From Anaerolineales bacterium (GTDB lineage: Bacteria; Chloroflexota; Anaerolineae; Anaerolineales; UBA6663): 64,000 bases of DNA. Where the stretch lies: the NCBI GenBank assembly GCA_044226485.1, contig JBGAGY010000007.1, positions 195,060-259,059 on the forward strand, read 5' to 3'. Positions 1 through 9,027 of this stretch are shown piece after piece (the first letter of the stretch is position 1; each line of letters opens with the position of its first letter). The notes beneath the pieces are model-generated. The model made no database searches. It saw nothing but the letters and a program-made list of their open reading frames with translations, and was not told the origin of the DNA. The translations under genes were made by a program, and so were the position numbers.

Positions 1-1707
1 GTTGATCGTGACCGCTACTGGTTTCACTATCACCAGCTCTTCGCTCAGGCGCTGCGGCAGCGGCTTCAGCGCGCCGAGCCCGTTCTGGCGCGCACCCTTC
101 ATCGGCGGGCCAGCGATTGGTTCGCCCGGGCCGGTCAGATCGAGGAGGCGCTGCGGCAGGCCCTGGCCGCATCGGCCTATGCCGACGTGGCCGATCTATT
201 GCTGCATCATGCCATGCAGGAATTGCTGGAAGGGCGGGCCGCAACCGTGTTGAGCGCCCTCGACGCGATCCCGCCGGAGTTGTGGCCCGCTCGACCCCGC
301 CTCTACGTGCTGCGGGCCGCGACCCAGGTGTCGCTGGCCCGGTACCGCGACGTCGAGCCCGGTCTCCATGCGCTCGATGCGGCTCTGGCGACGTTACCAC
401 CCGCGGACGCGCAAGCGATCGCCAGTGAGCAGCGCGCCTTGCTGGCGGTTGCGCTCAGCTTCCTGATTGATCCACGCGCCCTGCCGCTTGCGCAGCAAGC
501 GCTCCGCGATCTCCCAGCGGAGAACCCGCTCTCCGCGCTGTTGCGTGTCAGCCTGAGCGCAGCGTATCTGGCAACGGGCGACCTGGCGACTGCGCGCGCC
601 ATCATCGAGCAGACGTTGGCCGGCGTTCCCAGTCAGCCGGAGACGCGTCTGCTGCGGCTTGGCCTGGTCACCAATCGGATCTTCGTCCTGTTGGCACAGG
701 GGCAGCTGGCCGAAGCGTCTGAGGCCATCACCACCCTCGACGCCGAGATGCCCGATCCGCCGCCGCCGCTGCCCGGTGTCGCCTTTCTCTTCGCGCAGCG
801 GGGCACGATCGCGCTGCATCGCAACCACATCGATGCCGCTGAACCCGATGTCCAGCTCGGGCTCGATCTGGCCCGCGCCACCGGTGATGTGTCAGCGGAG
901 CTGTATGCTCTCGCCACACTCGCGCTCGTCTATCAGGCCCGGGGTGACGCGTCGGCTGCCGATGCCGCCCTGTGTGAGGCGGAAGCCGTGGTGCGCGACG
1001 AACGGGTAGCTCCACCGCTGGCCAACGTTGTGATCGGAGTCAGAGGTCTGCTGACGGCCCGCCAGGGCGAGCGCAGTGATGCGCTCGATTGGCTTGAGAA
1101 CCATTACGATCGGGGGCAGGTGGCGGAAGCGCTTACACCCTACGACTGGCACCTGCCGGCTCGGGCCTGGGTGTTGTGGGCCTGCGGCGACCGTGCAGCG
1201 GCCCACCAGGAGCTCGTGGCGCTGCGGACGGCGGCTGAGGCCAACGGCCACATGTACTTCCAGCTTTGGGCCTGCATCGGGTTGGCGTTGACTGCCGACA
1301 GTGTGGCCGAGGCCCGCGCTGAGTGCGGGCGGGCGCTCGCTCTGGCGGCACCGCAAGGTTATGTGCGCGTGTTTCTCGATGAGGGCGAAGCGCTTCGCAT
1401 CATTGTGCGCGATTGGATCGACGCCGCGTCATCGAATGATCCGCGGCTCGCGTTCGCACGCCGTCTGCTGGCGGCCTTTCCAGCGCCGACTCCTGATCGG
1501 CCCGATCGTCTGGCGAGCCCGCTCAGTCCGCGCGAACGCGAGGTGCTGGGCCTGATCGTTGCGGGCAAGAGCAACCCCGAAATCGCGGAGCGCCTGGTTG
1601 TGGGCGTCAGCACGGTCAAGAAGCACGTCAACGCCATCTTCGCCAAGCTCGACGTGACTCATCGAGCTGCGGCAGCCGCCCGGGCACGCGATCTGGGCCT
1701 GGTCTGA
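1..1707 (+). CDS. LuxR/MalT-family transcriptional regulator, C-terminal part (5' end outside window)
   Basis: Frame 1 is open from base 1 (VDRDRYWFHYHQLFAQALRQ, the MalT-type motif). It runs through TPR-like helical repeats and ends in a LuxR HTH (SPREREVLGLIVAGKSNPEIAERLVVGVSTVKKHVNAIFAKL). The track start at 187 is only the first in-window Met. Confidence 0.85.
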   Translation, partial: VDRDRYWFHYHQLFAQALRQRLQRAEPVLARTLHRRASDWFARAGQIEEALRQALAASAYADVADLLLHHAMQELLEGRAATVLSALDAIPPELWPARPRLYVLRAATQVSLARYRDVEPGLHALDAALATLPPADAQAIASEQRALLAVALSFLIDPRALPLAQQALRDLPAENPLSALLRVSLSAAYLATGDLATARAIIEQTLAGVPSQPETRLLRLGLVTNRIFVLLAQGQLAEASEAITTLDAEMPDPPPPLPGVAFLFAQRGTIALHRNHIDAAEPDVQLGLDLARATGDVSAELYALATLALVYQARGDASAADAALCEAEAVVRDERVAPPLANVVIGVRGLLTARQGERSDALDWLENHYDRGQVAEALTPYDWHLPARAWVLWACGDRAAAHQELVALRTAAEANGHMYFQLWACIGLALTADSVAEARAECGRALALAAPQGYVRVFLDEGEALRIIVRDWIDAASSNDPRLAFARRLLAAFPAPTPDRPDRLASPLSPREREVLGLIVAGKSNPEIAERLVVGVSTVKKHVNAIFAKLDVTHRAAAAARARDLGLV

Positions 1708-1780
1708 GGGCGACGGCCGGGTCCGCTCTTCACCCTGGGGTGAATGCCGGCAACTGGCGGCGGGCGTATCCTCTCCGACG

Positions 1781-4444
1781 ATGTATGCCTTCACGCTCTC
1801 CCTCTCGTCTCCCAAACTCGCACTCGCGAATGCCGGCGGCAAAGGCCACAACCTGGGGCGCCTGATCGCCGGCGGCTTCCCGACGCCGGGCGGATTTGTC
1901 ATCACGACCGAGGCGTATCGGACCTTCGTCGAAGCCAACGGCCTGATGTCCGAAATCGTGCGACACAGCCAGGCAACGGATCCGACCCGCCCCGAGACGT
2001 ATGAAGTGGCCTCTCAGGCATTGCGCCTGGGCTTCGAACGCGGCATCGTCCCCGACCGGGTCGCGGCGGCCGTGCACGCCGCTTACGAGCAACTGCCCGG
2101 GCAGCAACCGGCTGTCGCTGTGCGATCGTCGGCGACGGCTGAGGACCTGCCCGAGGCGTCCTTCGCGGGTCAGCAAGACACGTATCTGCACATCATCGGC
2201 GCGATCGATGTTCTGTCGGCGGTGAAGCGCTGCTGGGGCAGCCTGTGGACCGCGCGGGCGATGGCGTACCGCGCGAAGCAGGGCCTCGCGCCCGAGGCCG
2301 TGGCGCTGGCGGTGGTCGTTCAGCCCCTGGTCGACGCGAGCTCGGCCGGCGTGTTGTTCACGCTCAACCCCGTCTCGGGTCGCCGCGATGAACAGGTCAT
2401 CAACGCGACCTGGGGATTAGGGGAGGCGCTCGTGTCGGGGCGGGTCAATCCCGACACACTGATCGTCGATCGCGAAACCGGCGTGATCAAGGAGCTTTTG
2501 ATCGGCGACAAGGAATGGATGACGGCGCCGGCTGCTGCAGGGACCAGCGAGGAGAAAGTCGCTGACGAGCGGCGCGGCCTTTCGGTGCTGACACCCGAGC
2601 AGGCCGCCGAGCTGGCGCGTCTCGGGCGCGAGATCGAAACTCACTTCGGCGCCCCACAGGATATCGAGTGGGCGATCGCCGACGGACGAATCGCGATCCT
2701 GCAGTCGCGTCCGATCACCACCCAGGGTGGTGTGCCCGGGGATGACGCCTGGCCTCCGCTGGCGCCGGCAACGCCTCAGTCGTTCGACTACTGGACGCAA
2801 AGCGATATGGGCGAGCGCTGGCCCGAGCCTGTCACGCCGCTTACCTGGTCCGTCTGGGAGACGTTGACCAACGAGAGCATGCGAACGACTCTCAAGGTCG
2901 TGCCCTCCGACCTGCCTCGGCGCGCGCAATGGGTGCGACGCGCGTATGGGCGCGTGTATATGAACGAGGGCGCGATGATGCACCTCTACACCCGCGAGCT
3001 CGGCATGCCGGCGAGCCGCGTGGCGATCACGCTGGGCAGCCAGACTCCACAGGCGACCGGCGCTCAGGCTGACCGATGGGACTGGGGTGTGGTGCTGCGC
3101 CGGCTGCCGGTCTGGCTGACGATGATGCGCACCATGCAGGCCGAGGCCCGTCGCTTCGAGGTCGACTTTCCGAAGATCGACGCCTGGGTCGACGACTTCA
3201 TGCGGCGTGACCTCAACCCGGTGAGCGATGTGGAGCTGTGGGCCGAGGGCCGCGACACATGGCGCGAGCGGGTGCTGAAGTACATCCAGTATCACACCTC
3301 GGTCACGGGGCTGTCGTCGAGCTATCTTTCGATGCTCGAGGACCTGGCCCAGAGCTGGCTTGGCGATCGTTCGCTGGGGCAGACCCTGCTGATCGGCCTG
3401 AGCGGCGTGATCCAGGCGGAGATGGTGCCGATGCTGCAGGACATGGCGCAGGCGTGCCGCGCGGCCGGCCTCGATGGGCTTCTTCGTGACGTCGAACCGG
3501 CCGAGGCGTTGGCGCGTCTGCGAGCGGCCCCGGCCGCTGCTCCGCTGCTGGCCCAACTCAACAGTTTCTTGCAGCGGCACGGCCACCGCTGTGCCACTGA
3601 AGCTGAGTGGCTCTACCCGCGCTGGATCGAGGCGCCCGAGCTTGTGATCGGCCTGGTCCAGGGATACCTGACGAACGCGGGGGCGCCGGCTGCGGCCGAC
3701 GGCGAGAACCGTCAGCGACAGCGACGAACCGAGGCCGAGGCTGCGGCGGCCGCCCGCCTTGACCCGTTCCGCCGCGGCTATTTCAAGTGGGTGCTGGTGC
3801 AGGCGCAGCAGATGATGCGCCTGCGCGACAACGGCCAGGGCTATCTCGTCAAGCTCATGCTGCCCTGGCGCGTCCTCGTCGCCGAGCTGGGCCGACGCTG
3901 GGCAGGGCGCGGCTGGCTCAACGCGGCGGACGATATCTTCTTCCTTGCTGAAGGCGAGATCGAGGCTGCCCTGAACCCGGCCGGCTCAGCGGCGAGCAGT
4001 CCGTCGTTCAAGACCGTCGTCGACCGGCGCCGTCGCGCGTACACCCACTGGTTCTCGGTGGTCGCGCCTGAGGTGCTCGATGCGGCCGGTCAGCCGGTCG
4101 CGGCGCCGGCGCCCGCTGAAGCGGCGGACGTGCTCAGCGGCATTGCCGCCAGCAGCGGCCGCGTGACCGGCGTGGCACGTTTGATCGCCAGCCCACGGGA
4201 CGCGGTGCGCCTGCAACCGGGCGAGATCCTTGTGACACGCGCCACGGATCCGGGCTGGACACCGGTCTTCTCATTGGTCAGCGGCGTTGTGCTCGAGGTG
4301 GGTGGCCCGCTATCGCACGGCGCGATTGTGGCCCGCGAGTACGGGTTGCCGGCCGCGGTCAACGTGTCTGGGGCGTTGCAGCGGATCCGAGATGGCCAGA
4401 CCATCACCCTGGATGGTGCGATCGGCCGCGTCTTCCTGTCGTGA
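1781..4444 (+). CDS. PEP-utilising enzyme family protein with rifampicin-phosphotransferase (RPH)-like three-domain layout
   Basis: 887 aa. The N-terminal PPDK_N/ATP-grasp motifs are [10 protein letters not shown] and [25 protein letters not shown]. A long helical middle region follows. The C-terminal swivel phosphohistidine domain reads [43 protein letters not shown]. Size and order match the RPH family; substrate is not determinable. Confidence 0.85.
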   Translation: [887 protein letters not shown]

Positions 4445-4486
4445 CACCGGCAGGGCAGGCGGGGTGGGTCTAAAGCGACTGAGCTG

Positions 4487-5236
4487 TTGGCCGGCTTTGC
4501 GGTAGAGTCGGTCCTCGTGGCAACAGCGTTGATCGTGGGCGCCTCATCGGGGATCGGCCGCTGCCTGGCTGTTCAACTCAGCGGTCGCGGCTATGAACTG
4601 GGCCTTGTGGCGCGCCGTGAGCAGCTTCTGCGGGATCTGGCCAGTGAACTGCCGACCCGGACCGTGTTCGAGGCGCTCGATGTCACCGACCTCGCGGCGG
4701 TCTCGCGCCAGCTCCCGGCTGTGATCCACGCGCTCGGGCAGCTGGATCTCTTCATATACTGCGCCGGAACCGGGCACCTCAATCCAGACCTGACGGCCGA
4801 ACCCGAACTCGAAACCATCGCGGTCAATGTGCAGGGCTTCGTGAATGCGACGGTCCTGGTCGCCCGGGTGTTCGAGCAGCAAGGCCTGGGCCACATCGTG
4901 GGCATCACGTCGATTGCTGGTCTGCGCGGCGGCCGTGCGGCGCCGGCGTACGGCGCATCCAAGGCCTTCATGTCGAACTATCTGGAGGCTTTGTACCTGC
5001 GCTATGCCAGATCCGGACAGCGCATCGTCGTGACGGATGTGCGGCCCGGCTTCGTGGACACGGCCATGGCCAAATCGCCTGTGAAGTTCTGGGTGGCCTC
5101 TCCCGAGAAAGCGTCGCGCCAGATCATCGATGCGATCATGGCCCGGAAGCGAATCGTCTACGTGACCCGGCGGTGGCGGCTGTATGCCTGGCTGATGCGA
5201 GTGTTGCCGGCCCGAGTGCTGGCGCGACTCGGATAG
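4487..5236 (+). CDS. short-chain dehydrogenase/reductase (SDR)
   Basis: Cofactor motif VGASSGIGR and catalytic YGASKAF are present. The track start at 4487 is a TTG; the true start may lie a few codons downstream. Confidence 0.85.
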   Translation: MAGFAVESVLVATALIVGASSGIGRCLAVQLSGRGYELGLVARREQLLRDLASELPTRTVFEALDVTDLAAVSRQLPAVIHALGQLDLFIYCAGTGHLNPDLTAEPELETIAVNVQGFVNATVLVARVFEQQGLGHIVGITSIAGLRGGRAAPAYGASKAFMSNYLEALYLRYARSGQRIVVTDVRPGFVDTAMAKSPVKFWVASPEKASRQIIDAIMARKRIVYVTRRWRLYAWLMRVLPARVLARLG

Positions 5237-5442
5237 CGCCGCATCGGCCGTGTCAGGTACGTTGGTATCCCGGACGCGCCCGCAGTGCCCCGATCCAAAT
5301 GGCCGCGATAGATCTCGTTTGCCCACCGCGCGACCAAAACCTCAGCATGAGTGCCCGATCGACGTGTGGTTCGGTTGGATGACCATCTCTCAAGCCCAAA
5401 GCGATATGGTATGAGCCTCAGGTTCAACTTGAGGGAGGCATC

Positions 5443-5829
5443 ATGAGTGAGATCACGTCGTCGACTTTTGTCCTGGCCGTGCGCGACTTCGCCGGCGCCA
5501 TCCGGTACTACACCGAGAGGTTGGGTTTTCGAGAAACCTTGCGGGTCGATGGTTGGGCGTTCCTGAACCGAGGCGCATGCAACGTGCGCCTTGGAGATTG
5601 CCCTGAGGCGCAGCCCATTTCGAAGAGCCCCGATCACTCCTGGTTCGCGTACCTGCATGTCAGCGACGCAGCCACCCTCTATGCGGAATACCGTTCAAAG
5701 GGTGTCGAGATCTGGCATGCGCTCGAGGACAAGCCCTGGGGAGTGCGTGAGTTCGCGATCGTCACGCCCGAGGGGCATCGGATCGTCTTCGGCGAGCCCG
5801 TCGATCGGGCCGTTGACCGTTCTCCTTGA
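5443..5829 (+). CDS. VOC family protein (glyoxalase/bleomycin-resistance fold)
   Basis: 128 aa; FVLAVRDFAGAIRYYTERLGFRE and a C-terminal WGVREFAIVTPEGHRIVFGE, typical of the family. Strong SD (GAGGGAGG) lies 4 nt upstream of the ATG. Confidence 0.85.
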   Translation: MSEITSSTFVLAVRDFAGAIRYYTERLGFRETLRVDGWAFLNRGACNVRLGDCPEAQPISKSPDHSWFAYLHVSDAATLYAEYRSKGVEIWHALEDKPWGVREFAIVTPEGHRIVFGEPVDRAVDRSP

Positions 5830-5903
5830 GGGGCGATGAAACCGGAACCGGTCGTAGGCACCGGCCCGACCGATGCCATCGGCCCGGTTGTGCCGTCACC
5901 CAC

Positions 5904-5941
5904 GACGAGGGCCCGACTCTTGCGAGAGCCTGGCCCTCGTC
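5904..5941. terminator. hairpin between convergent genes (possible bidirectional terminator)
   Basis: GACGAGGGCC (5904-5913) pairs with GGCCCTCGTC (5932-5941), with additional inner pairing CTCT/AGAG. No clear U-tract on either strand. Confidence 0.35.
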
Positions 5942-6082
5942 ATGGGCATGGGGCAGCCTTCGCATCGACCACCTGCGCCAGATCGCAACGCCTTGTCAAC
6001 CCAGCCGCGCCTGGGGGGCCAGAGAAGAACTCCCAGGCAACGGCTAGAAGCGTGCCAGGCAGCTGCTGAGGGCAACGGCATG

Positions 6083-6850
6083 CTACGCCCGCTTTCGATA
6101 GATCCGCATCGCCCAGATGTACGCCGCCAGCATGATGCCGATGCACCAGGCCAGGGCGACCCAGAGATCGCTCCCGACCGGCTGAGCCGATAGCAGGGCG
6201 CGGATGGCCTCGACGATCGCGGTGACTGGCTGATGTTCGGCAAAAGCCCGGACGAGGGGCGGCATCATCGCCGTGGGCACGAACGCCGAACTGATGAAGG
6301 GGAGGAAGATCAGCGGATACGAGAAGGCCCCAGCCCCATCCACTGAAGTGGCGGAAAGGCCGGCAATCGCCGCGACCCAGGTGAGGGCCAGCGTGAACAG
6401 GGTGAGGATGCCAGTCACGGCCAGCCAGGCCAGCACGCCCGCCGGCGAGCGGAAGCCGATCAGGAGCGCCACCAGGATGATCACGACGACGGAGATCGCG
6501 TTGGACACCAGTGAAGTCAGCACATGACCCCACAGCACCGCTGAACGCGCGATCGGCATGGAGTGGAACCGCTCGAAGATCCCACGTTGCTTGTCCATGA
6601 ACAAACGATACGAGGTGTAAGCGATGCCGCTGGCGATCGCGATCAGCAAGATGCCAGGCAGCAGATAGTTCACGTAATGGTCGGTGCCGGTTTGAATGGC
6701 GCCGCCAAAGACATAGACGAACAGCAGCATGAACGCGATCGGCATGATCGTGACCGTGATGATGGTGTCCAGGCTGCGAAACACATGTCGCATGGACCGG
6801 CCGAGCATCACGCTCAGATCGTTGATCAAGTGGGTGTGGCTGACGTCCAT
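6083..6850 (-). CDS. ABC-2 type exporter permease (DrrB-like)
   Basis: 255 aa with six predicted hydrophobic spans. The start abuts the stop of the upstream ATPase gene (0-nt gap). Confidence 0.85.
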   Translation of the reverse strand: MDVSHTHLINDLSVMLGRSMRHVFRSLDTIITVTIMPIAFMLLFVYVFGGAIQTGTDHYVNYLLPGILLIAIASGIAYTSYRLFMDKQRGIFERFHSMPIARSAVLWGHVLTSLVSNAISVVVIILVALLIGFRSPAGVLAWLAVTGILTLFTLALTWVAAIAGLSATSVDGAGAFSYPLIFLPFISSAFVPTAMMPPLVRAFAEHQPVTAIVEAIRALLSAQPVGSDLWVALAWCIGIMLAAYIWAMRIYRKRA

Positions 6851-7621
6851 TTAGGCGACCTCCTGATGGCCGATGATAGCGAGGAAGATCTCCTCAAGGC
6901 TCGGTTGCTTCTCGATGTATTCCACTTTTGCGGGCGGGAACTGCCGCTTCAGTTCCTCGAGGGTGCCGTTCGCGATGATCCGACCCTCATGCAGGATGGC
7001 AATGCGATCGGCGAGCTGCTCGGCCTCCTCGAGATATTGCGTGGTGAGAAAAACCGTCGTGCCGTTTTGGGCCAGCTCTTTGACCGTCTTCCAGACCTCG
7101 AGGCGCGCTTCAGGGTCGAGCCCAGTGGTCGGCTCGTCGAGGAAGATGAGCGGCGGTTTCCCGACCAGACTCATAGCGATGTCGAGCCTGCGGCGCATCC
7201 CTCCCGAGTAGGTGGACACCCTGCGGTCGGCGGCGGCCGCCAGGCCGAAGCGGTTCAACAACTCGTTCGCGATCGGACGCGGGGCTGCCAAATGCCGAAG
7301 CTCGGCGATCATGGTCACGTTTTCGCGCCCGGTCAGTATCTCGTCGACGGCGGCGAATTGCCCGGTCAGGCTGATCGACCCGCGCACCTGATCAGGCTGC
7401 GTCGCGACGTCGAAACCGTTGACCATGGCGGTGCCCCTGTCGTAGGGGAGCAGCGTGGTCAATATCTTGACGATCGTGGTCTTGCCTGCGCCGTTAGAAC
7501 CCAGCAGCGCGAACACGCTGCCCTTCTTGACCTCGAAATCGACGCCCTTGAGCACCTCGAGGGTTTTGTAGGACTTCTTCAGCCCGTTCACCTGGATGGC
7601 TTGATCGTGCAATGTGTTCAT
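6851..7621 (-). CDS. ABC transporter ATP-binding protein (DrrA-like)
   Basis: Walker A GSNGAGKTT, signature YSGGMRRRL, Walker B IFLDEPTTGLD. Confidence 0.9.
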   Translation of the reverse strand: MNTLHDQAIQVNGLKKSYKTLEVLKGVDFEVKKGSVFALLGSNGAGKTTIVKILTTLLPYDRGTAMVNGFDVATQPDQVRGSISLTGQFAAVDEILTGRENVTMIAELRHLAAPRPIANELLNRFGLAAAADRRVSTYSGGMRRRLDIAMSLVGKPPLIFLDEPTTGLDPEARLEVWKTVKELAQNGTTVFLTTQYLEEAEQLADRIAILHEGRIIANGTLEELKRQFPPAKVEYIEKQPSLEEIFLAIIGHQEVA

Positions 7622-7623
7622 CG

Positions 7624-8493
7624 TTAGACCACCGTCACCTTGGAGAGATCGGCCTCCATGCCCTTGAGCGAGGCATAGGTCAGCTTGTCCATCGTCGCGC
7701 CGTCAAAACAGATCGTTTTGATGGCCCTGTAGAAGCGCTTGGACCAGATGATCGGCGCGACGAACGACACGTTCTTGATGGTCGCGTTCCTGAACGTCGC
7801 GTCCTTCAGCGATGTCTTGTCGAACCTGACGCCGATGAACGTCTGCCCGTCGAAGCAGAGCCCCTCCAGGTCGCACTCCTTGAAGTCCACGCCCTGGAAG
7901 CTGCACTCTTCGAAGATCACGCCGCGCAGTTCCATCGTGGTCAGCTTGGCGTCGATCAGTCGCACGCCGGTGAACCTGGCCCCGTTGAGCGTCGACAGGG
8001 TGAGCGCCGTGCGGACCAGGACCGCGCGTTTGAAGCTCGCATTCGTCAGGTCAACCGTATGAAAGACGCAATCCGTCAGATCGGCCCTGTCGAAAACAGT
8101 GTCCCGGACGTCGCTGGCCTTGAAGGAACTGCCCGTCAGATCGGCGCCGGTGAAGTCGGACCCGTGCAGGTCACTGGCTTCGAACTTCCGTTGGCGCGCT
8201 GAGACGCCTGCGAGGTCGCTCTTTGGCAAGTTGCTCGCGCTGAAGCTGATGAGCACCTTGCGCTCCAACGCGTGCGAGACGTTCGCCACCTCCTGCACCG
8301 TTTGTTCGATGTCGCCGATGCTATCGATCGTCATCGCATAGGCGGTCTCATCGTCCTTGCCCTCGGCTTTCAGTTCGCGAAACCGCTCCTGCAAATCAGA
8401 GAGCAGGTCGGCCCTGAGTTCATCGACGCTCTTGAGCCCCTCGTAGGGCGCAAAGACGGCGGTCAGATACTGGTTGAGTTTGTCGTCCATCAC
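7624..8493 (-). CDS. HAAS/DUF1700-like N-terminal domain fused to pentapeptide-repeat domain
   Basis: The N-terminal ~85 aa form a helical domain (LNQYLTAVFAPYEGLKSVDELRADLLSDLQERFRELKAEGKDDETAYAMTIDSIGD) of the kind encoded after PadR genes. About 30 tandem pentapeptide repeats follow (ASDLHGSDFTGADLTGSSFKASDVRDTVFDRADLTDCVF...). No TM segment. Confidence 0.8.
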   Translation of the reverse strand: MMDDKLNQYLTAVFAPYEGLKSVDELRADLLSDLQERFRELKAEGKDDETAYAMTIDSIGDIEQTVQEVANVSHALERKVLISFSASNLPKSDLAGVSARQRKFEASDLHGSDFTGADLTGSSFKASDVRDTVFDRADLTDCVFHTVDLTNASFKRAVLVRTALTLSTLNGARFTGVRLIDAKLTTMELRGVIFEECSFQGVDFKECDLEGLCFDGQTFIGVRFDKTSLKDATFRNATIKNVSFVAPIIWSKRFYRAIKTICFDGATMDKLTYASLKGMEADLSKVTVV

Positions 8494-8502
8494 TACAGCT
8501 CC

Positions 8503-8832
8503 CTAGAGTAGATGATCGAGCACGCGCTTGGCATACTCCCAATTGCTTTTGTTGTGCGCATACGTGGATCTGCCTTTCTTCGTGACCCTGAAGTACTTGC
8601 GCCGCCCGCCCTGCGATTCGTCGCCCCAATACCATTCAATGTCGCCGTCTGCTTCAAGCCTGCGGACGCTCGAATACATCGTGGCTTCCTTGAGTTGATA
8701 CTCGCCGCGGGAACGCTCGGCGATCAGCTTCACGATCTCGTAGCCGTAGCGATCCGCCTCGCATAAGAGCCGCAGGATCATGGTATCGGTGTGGCCCCTT
8801 AGCAGGTCCGAAGTGATGTGGTTTTCGGTCAT
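8503..8832 (-). CDS. PadR family transcriptional regulator
   Basis: LLRGHTDTMILRLLCEADRYGYEIVKLIAERSRGEYQLKEATMYSSVRRLEADGDIEWYW. I chose the start at Met18 of the track ORF (ATG at 8832) because a consensus promoter occupies the upstream 'extension'. Confidence 0.9.
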   Translation of the reverse strand: MTENHITSDLLRGHTDTMILRLLCEADRYGYEIVKLIAERSRGEYQLKEATMYSSVRRLEADGDIEWYWGDESQGGRRKYFRVTKKGRSTYAHNKSNWEYAKRVLDHLL

Positions 8833-8854
8833 AGGTTCACCGTTTCGTGTGGGG

Positions 8855-8883
8855 ATTGTATGGCACACTACTGTGTCTGTCAA
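8855..8883 (-). promoter_or_regulatory. sigma-70-type promoter of the PadR operon
   Basis: Minus strand reads TTGACA-17 nt-TACAAT (TTGACAGACACAGTAGTGTGCCATACAAT), about 22 nt upstream of the ATG at 8832. The spacer contains a short dyad ACAC-N4-GTGT. Confidence 0.55.
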
Positions 8884-9027
8884 GGTACTATTTCAAGCAC
8901 GTTACATTGAGTTGAGCGACGTGAGTTGGCTGCGAGGGGCCGGAACTGAGTGAGGGCGCTGTTGATAGCGCCCACCCTGACGAAAGCTTTGGTTGCCTGC
9001 TGACGAAACTGATGTGCCTGGGGTCGA

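Noticed and set aside
1708-1780. Search for a rifamycin-associated element (RAE)-type palindrome upstream of the RPH-like gene; only a 7-bp dyad TTCACCC-TG-GGGTGAA (about 1730-1746) is present.
   Set aside because: I cannot recall the RAE consensus precisely enough to claim a match, and the dyad is short. No regulatory call is made.
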